From Bdellovibrionales bacterium (GTDB taxonomy: Bacteria; Bdellovibrionota; Bdellovibrionia; Bdellovibrionales; UBA1609), in assembly GCA_965242635.1 (NCBI GenBank), contig OZ251471.1, positions 1,227,388 through 1,291,387 on the forward strand: 64,000 nucleotides of DNA, in the 5' to 3' direction. The translations under genes and the position numbers were made by a program. Below, piece after piece: positions 34,488-43,656 of the stretch (position 1 is its first letter; every line of letters begins with the position of its first letter). The notes beneath the pieces were generated by a model that had not been told where the DNA came from, did not search any database, and saw nothing but the letters and a program-made list of their open reading frames with translations.

Positions 34488-34606
34488 CTATATTGATTGT
34501 GTTTGAAAATTCATGGCTCAAATTTCCTCGACAGGGCGAAAAAACCCCACCAGCGACACCTTTTTCAAAAGGCAGAACCTGCCCCCCCAAGCCAGTTTGG
34601 TTTAAA
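34488..34606 (-). repeat. Interspersed modular element, copy D (intergenic, upstream of tRNA-Leu; shortened hairpin module)
   Basis: It shares both termini and the core module with copies A, B and E. The LNQTG frame stays open (track ORF 34462-34650). Confidence 0.85.
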
Positions 34607-34956
34607 AGCTTTTTTTGGGCCTCATGGGGGTGACAGGTCAACTTGGACATGGTGAGGGACCTCCTGGATATGCTTTTCTTTGGGCCTCATGGGGGGACAG
34701 GTTCAGCAGATCTCTCAGCAGATCTCTCAGGATCGAAAATTGCAGGAGATCGGCCCAAAAAGGAAAAAAATTTCACTACTGTCAAAAAAAAAGACAGTTT
34801 TGGCTTTTTTGGGCTTTCCCGCTGGCCGGCATGGGGCATAAAAATTCTTAATGATTTCAATAAGATACAATAAAAAATTCCTTTTCCGGCAAAAATGTTG
34901 TGGATTTTGCAAGTATATTGGGCAGAAACCAATTTTTTTCAGGAGGTAAACAAAAA

Positions 34957-36027
34957 ATGCAAAAAACTATTATCCTTTTAATGGGATGTCTTTTTTCTCT
35001 GTCCATGTGGGCAGAAGAAGGTCCTGTTATTACAGAACAAGCGGAGGCTATTGCCCAGTCTGAGGCAGAGCCGAAGGTGGTGATTTTAAACAACCAGCAG
35101 GTGGATCAGAAGTCCGCCCATGATCAAAAGGCTCAGGTGTCCAATCAGCCTGTGGTCCGGGTTATGGGGACTCCCGTTTCCATGACTTATGCGGCTGAGT
35201 TGAAAAAGTCCCGTCAGGACGCAGAACTTCAGACAGAACAAAAAATTGTGGAAAAACTGGAAAGCTCCAGGCTCAGGGACGAGCAGGAGCGCCTTAACAA
35301 GTTGTTTGTTTCCAAAACCGGAACACTTGTTTCTTCCAAAACCGTGGCTGTGGCTCCGGAAAGCCATGCCATTCAGGCCACAACTGTTTCCACCATCAGT
35401 GATTCTACAGAGGAAAAGATTTACGCTGGAATCCAGGTGGGTCAGTCTTCCAACTTCACCAATGTTAAAAACCTGACTTCTTATGGAAGTTTTGGTGCCT
35501 CTGCGGGTGTGATCAGCAGAGCTGGTTTGATTTTGGAAAGTTCTGTTTTCTTTTCACAGCACCAGTTGGATCACTCCAATGATTACAACAACAACATGGA
35601 CAACCTGGGTGTGTCCAACATAACAGACTTATACCAAGTATCTGGTTTGCTGGCTCTGAAATACACACCTTCTTCCAGCCGGTTCAAGCCTTATGTGGGT
35701 GCCTTTGTGGCCTATAACTACTGGATGTATCAGGCGGATTCAGATTATATTTGTGATTATTACAGCAGTAAAAGCTGTGGTGATTACACCAAATCGGATG
35801 GTGTGGATATAGGGCCTGTTGTGGGTATGGACTTTTTTCTAAACAACAAAGTGTCTTTGGGCTTTAACATGATGGTGAGCGTAAGAAACATATACAACAA
35901 CCGCTCTGACAAATATGAAGCCCATGAGTATGCGTATGACCCTTATCATTACGAAGACGAGAGCTATATCAAAATGGAAGAGACCCATTGGCTTATTGCC
36001 TCCTTAAATGCCAAACTGTATTTCTAA
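34957..36027 (+). CDS. Putative outer-membrane beta-barrel protein
   Basis: An AGGAGG-like SD precedes the ATG. It has a signal peptide (MQKTIILLMGCLFSLSMWA), an alternating aromatic/Gly-rich C-terminal half, and a terminal ...LNAKLYF. Confidence 0.6.
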   Translation: MQKTIILLMGCLFSLSMWAEEGPVITEQAEAIAQSEAEPKVVILNNQQVDQKSAHDQKAQVSNQPVVRVMGTPVSMTYAAELKKSRQDAELQTEQKIVEKLESSRLRDEQERLNKLFVSKTGTLVSSKTVAVAPESHAIQATTVSTISDSTEEKIYAGIQVGQSSNFTNVKNLTSYGSFGASAGVISRAGLILESSVFFSQHQLDHSNDYNNNMDNLGVSNITDLYQVSGLLALKYTPSSSRFKPYVGAFVAYNYWMYQADSDYICDYYSSKSCGDYTKSDGVDIGPVVGMDFFLNNKVSLGFNMMVSVRNIYNNRSDKYEAHEYAYDPYHYEDESYIKMEETHWLIASLNAKLYF

Positions 36028-36052
36028 GAACTCTTGTCTCTTCCTGTATCGG

Positions 36053-36085
36053 GAGCCGGCTGTTTTCAGCCGGCTCTTTTTTTTT
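36053..36085 (+). terminator. Rho-independent terminator
   Basis: A perfect 9-bp stem (GAGCCGGCT / AGCCGGCTC) with a 6-nt loop is followed by T9. Confidence 0.75.
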
Positions 36086-36233
36086 GGCCTTTTGACCTGT
36101 TTTTCGCTGTTTTTGGGATTTTTAACCTGTTTTTTGCTTGATTTGGGATAAAAAACGGCGTAAAATGGCCTGATATGTATAAAAATTAGGTTTTTTCTTA
36201 ATTTTTGGGTAAAAACCGGTGTTCAATGGTCAC

Positions 36234-39200
36234 ATGATGTATAAAAAACGAATTATTAAACTGCCAGAAAATAGCCATACTTTCCTGTTTGGTGTGCGGG
36301 GGAGTGGCAAAACCGCTCTTTTAAACAGGAGATTTCCCTCTCCAAAGTCACTCCATATTGATCTGTTGGATGAATCCCTTTATCAAAGCCTGCTTTCTGA
36401 TGTGGCTCAGTTTTATGAAACAGTCAGTGCTTTTAAAGAGGGTGGTGTGATTATTGTGGATGAAATTCAAAAAATGCCACGGCTTTTAAATGAGGTGCAC
36501 CGCCTTATTGAAGAATCCTCCAGAGGGGAGGCCCCTCCCCGCCAGTTTATTCTGACTGGTTCCAGTGCAAGAAAGCTCAAAGCTCCTGGGGTAAACTTAT
36601 TGGCAGGACGAGCTGGTAAAACAACCCTTCATCCTTTTGTTCCGGAAGAGTTGGGCGAAGACTTTAATTTAAACAGTGCTTTACAGTATGGCCTCTTGCC
36701 GATTGTGTGGTCTCATCACGACCGGGAATTCAAATTAAAAGCTTATGCTGAGGAGTATTTAAAAGAGGAAATTCAGGCCATGGCTTTAGTGAGAAATTTG
36801 CCCGATTTTGCCCGATTTTTGGAAGTGGCTGGCCTCTATCATGGCCAGGCGGTAAATATGAGTGCCATTTCAAGGGAATGCCAAACTCCGCAAAAAGCCG
36901 TGCGGGATTATTTTTCCATATTGGAAGACACCCTGCTGGGTTTTTTTCTGCCTGCTTACACCCCACGGCTACAGTTAAGAGAGAGAAAACACAAAAAATT
37001 TTATTTTATTGATCCAGGATTGGCACGCACGCTAAGAAAAGACTTTGGACCTGTGTCCCATACAGAGAAAGGCTCTCTTTTTGAAGGGCTGACAGCTCAA
37101 ATTTTAAGGGCTTACAGGGATTATAACTCTCTTTTTGAAGAGATGTTTTACTGGTCTCCGGTGGATTCTCAAAAAACAGAGGTGGATTTTCTGTTAAGAA
37201 AGGGAGAGGATTTAACGGCCATTGAAGTCAAAGCCCGAAGCCAAATATCCTCTTCAGAGTGTAAAGGTCTTAAAGCCATTCAAAAACTCAAGGCGGTAAA
37301 AAAAAGAATTTTGGTTTATATGGGGTCAGCTGTAAGAAGAACAGAAGATGGCATTGATATATGGCCTTTTGATTTTTTTTGCCAAAACCTGAAGGAAGGC
37401 CATTTTAATGTTCCGGTGGTTGGGACAAAGAAAAGCAAAAAAAGCCCTGATCCTGTTTTAGCTGTCCCTTCCAAGATTCTCACTCCCAAAGAATTACAGA
37501 TTCCCCCTCCAGCCGATGAGAAAAAATTTGAAGAGTTATGTCTTGATTTATATAGACAGGAATTTGGAGGATCTGCTCAACTACATGGCAGAAAAGGCCA
37601 AAAACAACATGGGGTGGATATTGTTATTCAGCACGAATTGGCAAACAGTATAGTCAACATAGGTGTCCAGTGCAAAAAAAGAGAGCAGAAAAATGGAAAA
37701 ATCACAGAAAAAGAACTATTGCAGGAAGTGGAAAAAGCCAAAAATCTCAAACCAGCTTTGAATAAATTTATTTTGGCCACCACCTGCCAAAGAGATGCCA
37801 ATATCCAAAAAACAGCCTGGCAACTTACAACAGAACATAAAAAAGACAACCTTTTTTCTGTAGAAATACACAGCTGGGATGAAATCAAAGAACTTTTAGA
37901 TAAATACCTTGAAATATATCAAAAATACTATGGTAATGTAGTTTTAAAAACAGAGTCAAACAAACAGCAATCTACAGACAAAGTAGTCCCTGCTTTTAAT
38001 GCAGAAATCATAAAAAAGATAAAAAATGACAGTCACCATGCAGAGCTTAAAATGATACACAGCTTACTCAACAAAAAGCCCAAAACAGCTCTTGATTTAT
38101 TGGAAAAATTTAAACAAGATTTGGATAAATTAAATGACAAAGTAAAATACAAAGTTTTAATCTATATGGCTGATGCAAAACACAGAATGAAGGATGAAAA
38201 AACAGCTTTTGATTTGACTATTGACGCTTTGGAATTCAATAATAAGGATGAAAATGCTCTTATAAATTGTGCTTTCGCTTATTTGATGAAAGGTGATTTG
38301 GAAAAATCCAAAAAATATCTCGAAAAAACCAGAGCACTCAACCCTCGAAAAACAGAAGCCTATAACCTGGATATTCAAATCCAATTTAGCGAAGGAAAAA
38401 GTATCAAAGAAATTGTGGCAAACCTGCCTGAAGATATAAAAAATCAAGCTCAAATAGCTCAATTACTGGCTGGTTTCAGTATAAATCAAAAAGATTACAA
38501 ATCAGCAGAAAAATGGGCAAAGATTTTTTACACTAAAATTGATCAAAAAAACCTTATGGAACTCTCCACTTATGCTGATCTTATGCTGAAAATCATCACA
38601 AAAGATCCCAATATCTATAAAACAAGAGAAATCACCAATCATCAGTATCAAAGTGAGCTTAAAGAAATTGTCTCTCTATATAAAAAAATATTTTCAGAAA
38701 GTGAATACAATGAAATAAGAGAGATTAATGCCAACTTATATGTAAATTATGCCATAGCTTTGGAAATGAAAGGGGAACTGGATAAGGCTATAGATATACT
38801 AAAAAAAGGTGAAAATCTTTTTCCTGAAGATTATAACTTAAAGCACCTTCTTATTCATGGTTTTTTAAAGAAAAAGGCCAAAAATAGCAAAGTGATGATT
38901 CAAGATCAAAAGCCCGATCTTTATCACAGCCAAATTTTTACATTATCCAAAACAGAAGATTGTAATGATATTGTGGATATAATAAATAAAATCCCGGAAG
39001 AAAAAAGAAACGCGTTTGCGTGGAGCGTACTGGCAGATATCAAATTTTTTAATGAAAATAGCCCAAACGAAGGTATTGAGATTTTGCAAAAAACCAGCCG
39101 TTTAAAGCACTTTAACATTGATGATCAATTTATAATAAAAGAAGCACTTATAGATAAATTTATAAAAATGGATCAAGCAGAAAAAGCAGATCAGGAGCTG

Positions 39201-41390
39201 AATGATTTGTGCAAACTAAGCCCTGAAAACCCTATAATACCTGTTATAAAATCAAAAATATATGCTCTTAAAGGTGACACTGAAAAACAAAACCAGTGCT
39301 TGGAAAAAGCTCTTGAGATGGTTCCGGATAATCCCGATAATGAGTGGTTTCTCTACTTTTTGGCTAAAGAACTTTATAACTGCAAAATGTATGCAGAATG
39401 TGAACCTCTTTTTGAAAATCTTATAGAAAATAACCTGTATAATCCGGATATTTTTACTCTTTTGCATATTTATTTTGAAAATGGTCAAAACCAAAAAGCC
39501 ATAAAATTGGCAGAAACTTTGAATAAAAAATTTCCTCATCGGCTGGATCCTGTTAATATCCTGTTTCTTATTTATGAAGACCTTGGAGATAGAGAAAAAG
39601 CCATTAAATACTATGAGGATTTTATGAAACACAATCCTCAAAATGAATTGATCAAAATAGAACTGGCTTTGGCTTATATAAGAAATGAACAATCAGATAA
39701 AGCCAAAGCATTATTAAACAAACCTTTTAACCTCAACCTGTTATCCATAAATGAGACAGGCCGGCTTGCCAGTGTTTACAGCCACACCGGCCAGTTAAAG
39801 AAAGCTTTGGATATTTTATACCAAAGTATCCGAAAACACCCTTCCAATAAAGATCTGCAACATCTCTACTCAGGTTTATATCTTTTTGGAGAAAAAAAAG
39901 AAAAAATATTTTTATCTCCATCAGAAAAAGTAGCTATAGATTGTTATTTAAAAATTCAAGAAGTAAAAACTGCTGAAACAACAGATTTCACTATTGAAAA
40001 ATCAGCAGATATATATGCCCCAGATCACCCTTTTGCTCAAAAATTTTTAGGCAAAATTAAAGGTGATACAGTTCAGCATGAACACAAACAATATAAAATT
40101 TTGGAAATAAAAAATAAATACCTTCATAAACTTCATGAGATTATGAGCAATGCCGAAAAAAGATTCCCTGTCGACCCTTTTATCAAAACGGCTATTTTGC
40201 CAAAGTTGGCTGAAAAAGAAGATATAGCTCAAGCTCTTAAACCAATGATCCCGGATACCACTCAGCAAAGAGAAAAGGTGTTTCAGTATTATAAACAGGG
40301 AAGAATGACTATTGGTTCTATGTCGCGTATTATCGGCCTGCATCCTATTGAGATGATAGCTACTCTAAGTAATAAGTCCTCAGAGCACAAGTTTATATCC
40401 TCCTTTGTGGGTTTGAAAAATTATAAAACCTCACAGGAAAATCTTAATAAAACCATGGATATTATTATGGATATTTCCTCTCTTTTTACAATGCATGTGA
40501 TAAAAATGGAAAAATATTTTGAAGAAAGCTCTTTTAATCTTTGTATATGCCCATCCACTATAGAGTCTATAAGAAACCTGATACAAAAAATGAAACAACA
40601 TTCTCAAGATGGATTGCTGACAGGTGGTTGGGACAAGCAGGGTAAACTCATCACCAGCCATACCCCGCCGGAAATTGTCCAAAAAAACCTGCATTTTCTG
40701 GAACATATAATAAAATGGGCTAAAGAAGTTTGTGCCATAAAACCTGTACCCGTGGATTATGTAATGAACCGTGATAAAAAATCAAAGTTGATCCCTGCAA
40801 TAGGAAAAGAATTTTTAGACCCTTTATTATTCGCTCATAATAAAAAAAATACCGTTCTTTTATCTGAAGATGGAGTATTGGGTGCTTTATCCAAAAATAA
40901 AAATGAACTTAATGTTCTCAGAGTGCGTCTATGGGACATAATACATCACTTTAAAAATCAGTCGATTATAAATGAGAAACAGGCTGTTCATTTCACAGCA
41001 GAACTGATTAAGCTAAACCAAGTGTATATTCCAGTGGACCATAAATTATTACTTGTTTTATTAAAATCAGCCAATTATTCCATTACTGATATTGATTTTC
41101 AGAGGGGCTTGTACTTTATGGGGCCTGTTTCCAATCTACATGGAGTGATTGAGGTTTTATCCCAGTTCCTTAAAGAGCTGTTTCAAGAACCAGCCCTTTT
41201 GCTGTATCAAAAAGAGCAAATCACCCAGGAAGTATTAAATAAGGCTTACTTGGGAAGGAGGGGGATTGCCCCCCTTGATGTAGCAAGCAGGATCAAGCAA
41301 TCAGTTCAGGCTAAAACCATTTTACTGCCATTTCATCAAAAAGCGATAGAAAACAGCATTGATTACTGGTTAAAAAACAAAATATATTGA
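36234..41390 (+). CDS. Giant multidomain protein: AAA_14/DUF4143-type ATPase + Mrr-like REase + TPR-like array + GreA/B-C-like + PIN-like
   Basis: Residue numbers count from the track ORF start at 36219. Walker A GVRGSGKT (aa 25-32). Walker B VIIVDEIQ (77-84). DUF4143-type EVDFLL..AIEVK (321-338). FEELCLDLY..HGVDIVI..GVQCKK (437-487). Helical repeats (~600-1225). VAIDCYLKIQE..PFAQKFLGKIKGDTVQ..YKILEIKNKYL (1238-1302). IIMDISSL / STIESI / DPLLFAH..VLLSEDGVL (1415-1553). The start could be GTG 36219 or ATG 36234/36237. Confidence 0.8.
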   Translation: MMYKKRIIKLPENSHTFLFGVRGSGKTALLNRRFPSPKSLHIDLLDESLYQSLLSDVAQFYETVSAFKEGGVIIVDEIQKMPRLLNEVHRLIEESSRGEAPPRQFILTGSSARKLKAPGVNLLAGRAGKTTLHPFVPEELGEDFNLNSALQYGLLPIVWSHHDREFKLKAYAEEYLKEEIQAMALVRNLPDFARFLEVAGLYHGQAVNMSAISRECQTPQKAVRDYFSILEDTLLGFFLPAYTPRLQLRERKHKKFYFIDPGLARTLRKDFGPVSHTEKGSLFEGLTAQILRAYRDYNSLFEEMFYWSPVDSQKTEVDFLLRKGEDLTAIEVKARSQISSSECKGLKAIQKLKAVKKRILVYMGSAVRRTEDGIDIWPFDFFCQNLKEGHFNVPVVGTKKSKKSPDPVLAVPSKILTPKELQIPPPADEKKFEELCLDLYRQEFGGSAQLHGRKGQKQHGVDIVIQHELANSIVNIGVQCKKREQKNGKITEKELLQEVEKAKNLKPALNKFILATTCQRDANIQKTAWQLTTEHKKDNLFSVEIHSWDEIKELLDKYLEIYQKYYGNVVLKTESNKQQSTDKVVPAFNAEIIKKIKNDSHHAELKMIHSLLNKKPKTALDLLEKFKQDLDKLNDKVKYKVLIYMADAKHRMKDEKTAFDLTIDALEFNNKDENALINCAFAYLMKGDLEKSKKYLEKTRALNPRKTEAYNLDIQIQFSEGKSIKEIVANLPEDIKNQAQIAQLLAGFSINQKDYKSAEKWAKIFYTKIDQKNLMELSTYADLMLKIITKDPNIYKTREITNHQYQSELKEIVSLYKKIFSESEYNEIREINANLYVNYAIALEMKGELDKAIDILKKGENLFPEDYNLKHLLIHGFLKKKAKNSKVMIQDQKPDLYHSQIFTLSKTEDCNDIVDIINKIPEEKRNAFAWSVLADIKFFNENSPNEGIEILQKTSRLKHFNIDDQFIIKEALIDKFIKMDQAEKADQELNDLCKLSPENPIIPVIKSKIYALKGDTEKQNQCLEKALEMVPDNPDNEWFLYFLAKELYNCKMYAECEPLFENLIENNLYNPDIFTLLHIYFENGQNQKAIKLAETLNKKFPHRLDPVNILFLIYEDLGDREKAIKYYEDFMKHNPQNELIKIELALAYIRNEQSDKAKALLNKPFNLNLLSINETGRLASVYSHTGQLKKALDILYQSIRKHPSNKDLQHLYSGLYLFGEKKEKIFLSPSEKVAIDCYLKIQEVKTAETTDFTIEKSADIYAPDHPFAQKFLGKIKGDTVQHEHKQYKILEIKNKYLHKLHEIMSNAEKRFPVDPFIKTAILPKLAEKEDIAQALKPMIPDTTQQREKVFQYYKQGRMTIGSMSRIIGLHPIEMIATLSNKSSEHKFISSFVGLKNYKTSQENLNKTMDIIMDISSLFTMHVIKMEKYFEESSFNLCICPSTIESIRNLIQKMKQHSQDGLLTGGWDKQGKLITSHTPPEIVQKNLHFLEHIIKWAKEVCAIKPVPVDYVMNRDKKSKLIPAIGKEFLDPLLFAHNKKNTVLLSEDGVLGALSKNKNELNVLRVRLWDIIHHFKNQSIINEKQAVHFTAELIKLNQVYIPVDHKLLLVLLKSANYSITDIDFQRGLYFMGPVSNLHGVIEVLSQFLKELFQEPALLLYQKEQITQEVLNKAYLGRRGIAPLDVASRIKQSVQAKTILLPFHQKAIENSIDYWLKNKIY

Positions 41391-41478
41391 TCTACTGAAA
41401 TAAAGGCAAACCATTGTTTTCTTGTATGCTGTTGCCATTGGGTCTTTCTCTTTTTTTGCCACCCGTTCAGTTGCTTGG

Positions 41479-41994
41479 TTACAGGTGTGTGACTTTTATG
41501 GTTTCTTTGTTCCATTTTTTTGCAAGATACTCCACAATCAGTCGCCGATGGCAATGTTCAGGTTCATGTTCACTGCAGAGAAGACACCCCTGGTGCAGTG
41601 TGGTTTTTATACCCTGATCCTCAATTCGTCTTTGTTCCATAAGTCTCATGAATTTGTCCTCATAAATATTCCAATCCCCTTTATTCTTTTTGTATTCATC
41701 CAAAATGTCTTTTGTCGGAGCCATATCAGGAATATGAATGTAATCCATATTCACCAGTTGTTTTAAAAAAAATATAAGATCATTTTTTTTCGAAAACCCG
41801 GCCAGCTGAGACACATTATTCAGACGCACATCCACCACCCTCTTTGCCCCAGACCTTTTCAGTTTTTCGAAAAAATCCTTTGCGGTCTTTTTTGCAAAGC
41901 CAATGGTATAAATTTCAATAGTTTTCAAATCCCCTGCTCCTGTTATTGTGATAAAGTTCCCTTGTTTAAAGGGGATGAGTGTCCCCTCTTTCAT
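41479..41994 (-). CDS. DUF488 family protein (paralogue 2)
   Basis: IYTIGFAKKTAKDFFEKLKRSGAKRVVDVRL...CLLCSEHEPEHCHRRLIVEYL is the DUF488 signature. The start is uncertain (track ORF extends to 42039). Confidence 0.7.
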   Translation of the reverse strand: MKEGTLIPFKQGNFITITGAGDLKTIEIYTIGFAKKTAKDFFEKLKRSGAKRVVDVRLNNVSQLAGFSKKNDLIFFLKQLVNMDYIHIPDMAPTKDILDEYKKNKGDWNIYEDKFMRLMEQRRIEDQGIKTTLHQGCLLCSEHEPEHCHRRLIVEYLAKKWNKETIKVTHL

Positions 41995-42640
41995 CAAAAA
42001 CAACTCCTGACAGATCCGGCTGAATCCCTCTGACAGCATAAGAGGATTCTTTATAAGTATAGGCTATTTTTTGGGCCTGCCGGTCATAAGCCTCTTCAAC
42101 ACATTCTTTCTCTGTCCTGAACATATCAGGGTAAAGCCTGAATTTATCCATCAATGCTTTTTCCATTTCCTGATTCGTCCTGACAGAACCATCAGCAAAT
42201 ATATGTTTGATTTTCTCTTCTGAAAACCCGGTTTTATATGATAATTCACGGCAAACCAGAATCATCCGATGGCATTGCAATGGGTCTTTTTCGGAACACA
42301 TAAGTGCCATATTATGGGTTTCCAGTTTATTCCTGATCCGGTTCAGAGCAGATTGAAACCCTGATAATCGGGCCACCTGCCGGTATTGCAATTTCCCTTT
42401 GTTATCATAACAGTCGGGATGGCTGATTCGGCCTCCCAGCTCATGACCCATAAAAGAGTAAACAATGTCATTTTTATTTAACTCCTGTTCTATATTTTCC
42501 CTGTTAAACATCCTGCTGTATTTGCTGTAAGGTTGTGATCGAACATCCCCTATCTCCCGGACGGAGTGTTTGTTCAAAAGTTCAATAAAACTTTTTAAGG
42601 TGTGTGTGGAATGACCTATGGTGAAAAGAGTGTACTTCAT
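41966..42640 (-). CDS. DUF488 family protein (paralogue 1)
   Basis: MKYTLFTIGHSTHTLKSFIELLNKHSVREIGDVRSQPYS...ALMCSEKDPLQCHRMILV is the DUF488 signature. Confidence 0.78.
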   Translation of the reverse strand: MKYTLFTIGHSTHTLKSFIELLNKHSVREIGDVRSQPYSKYSRMFNRENIEQELNKNDIVYSFMGHELGGRISHPDCYDNKGKLQYRQVARLSGFQSALNRIRNKLETHNMALMCSEKDPLQCHRMILVCRELSYKTGFSEEKIKHIFADGSVRTNQEMEKALMDKFRLYPDMFRTEKECVEEAYDRQAQKIAYTYKESSYAVRGIQPDLSGVVFDERGDTHPL

Positions 42641-42765
42641 ATATTTATTCTCCTTTGAAAGAGCAAAATCTGATCCTTTTATATACACACCTAAAACGGC
42701 GAATCTTTAATGATACTTGCCACAAATTTATAGCAATGATCTTCAAATTTTTCTGCTGAATAAAG

Positions 42766-43656
42766 TTAAGGGTTTGTGTGCTCCAAAAATTTAAAAACCC
42801 CGTAGCCGGCTTTTTTGCTCTCAGGATCATGAAGATACTCTATGGGAAGGATCTGCCATGCCTCATGAGAGGTGTGCCGGGCAAAATTATAGGTTTCCAC
42901 CAGAAAAAGGTAGACGGAAACCGCTTTTCGCTCTTTTAAGCTTTCCTTTTCTGTTTCAAACCGGCACCTGTAACCAATGACAAATTTCGCTCCATGAGGT
43001 TGAAAAAAATTGCTCGCCCATTTTTCCACCTTATCCATCATGGTTTCCGGTTCCAAAGTTAAAGAGCTTTTGTCCAAAACAACAGATTCTTTTCGGGCCC
43101 AAGCCTCAGCAAAGCTTTGGCAATATTCCTCAGAAGTTCTGTCTTTTCTCATATCTTCCGGCTCTTTGGAAGGGGGCAGAGGTGGGCTTTTTTCATGGCT
43201 CATAAAAATGCCATAACCTTCTGCCAAAGGCCCCTTTTCTGTTGCAGAAAGCTCCTCCGCTGATTCCTTGATATGGGATATGGGGATAATGGACCACCTT
43301 CTCTCTCTTATCATGACAGCCAGTTCCTGGTCTGCCACCAAAAACAAAGTGACAAAAATGTCCTCCAAAACCCCTTTTTGGGTCACAGTTTGAAACTGGC
43401 AGGTGTATTGGGCCAGTATATTTTCCTCTGGTGGATAATTTTCCTTTTTTAGGCTTAAAGAACCGGGCCTGTAGGAATGGGAAAGATCTTTGGCATACTG
43501 AAGGGCAAACCGCTGGCAGTAGTCAGAAGGGGTGAGGGAGGGGCCTTGGCTTTCTTCTGTGGAAGAGGATACATCCCCTGCCGGAGGTGCTTTCTTTTCA
43601 GCCCCCGCTCCGAAAAAAGAATAAAAAAACAAAAAGCAAAAGATATATTTGTTCAT
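42766..43656 (-). CDS. Secreted hypothetical protein with a two-fold internal duplication
   Basis: It has a signal-like N-terminus (MNKYIFCFLFFYSFFGAGA). Two similar halves each start around [DE]YCQ.FA..[YW]A. The track ORF starts at 43692. Confidence 0.5.
   Translation of the reverse strand: MNKYIFCFLFFYSFFGAGAEKKAPPAGDVSSSTEESQGPSLTPSDYCQRFALQYAKDLSHSYRPGSLSLKKENYPPEENILAQYTCQFQTVTQKGVLEDIFVTLFLVADQELAVMIRERRWSIIPISHIKESAEELSATEKGPLAEGYGIFMSHEKSPPLPPSKEPEDMRKDRTSEEYCQSFAEAWARKESVVLDKSSLTLEPETMMDKVEKWASNFFQPHGAKFVIGYRCRFETEKESLKERKAVSVYLFLVETYNFARHTSHEAWQILPIEYLHDPESKKAGYGVFKFLEHTNP

Noticed and set aside
34462-34932. Small ORFs 34462-34650, 34615-34851, 34643-34873, 34687-34932 and 34727-34912 in the tRNA-Leu / OMP intergenic region
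   Set aside because: The first is simply the open frame of element copy D. The others cross short direct repeats (TTTGGGCCTCATGGGGG x2; CAGCAGATCTCT x2), overlap one another on both strands, and lack start signals.
36219-41390. Possibility that the giant ORF is really two genes (DUF4143-ATPase, then a REase-TPR-PIN protein) with a missed stop, given the apparent composition shift near 37.4 kb
   Set aside because: The frame is continuous in the given sequence, with no stop and no internal SD/ATG arrangement at the junction (aa ~395-435). I kept it as one CDS but flagged it for read-level verification.
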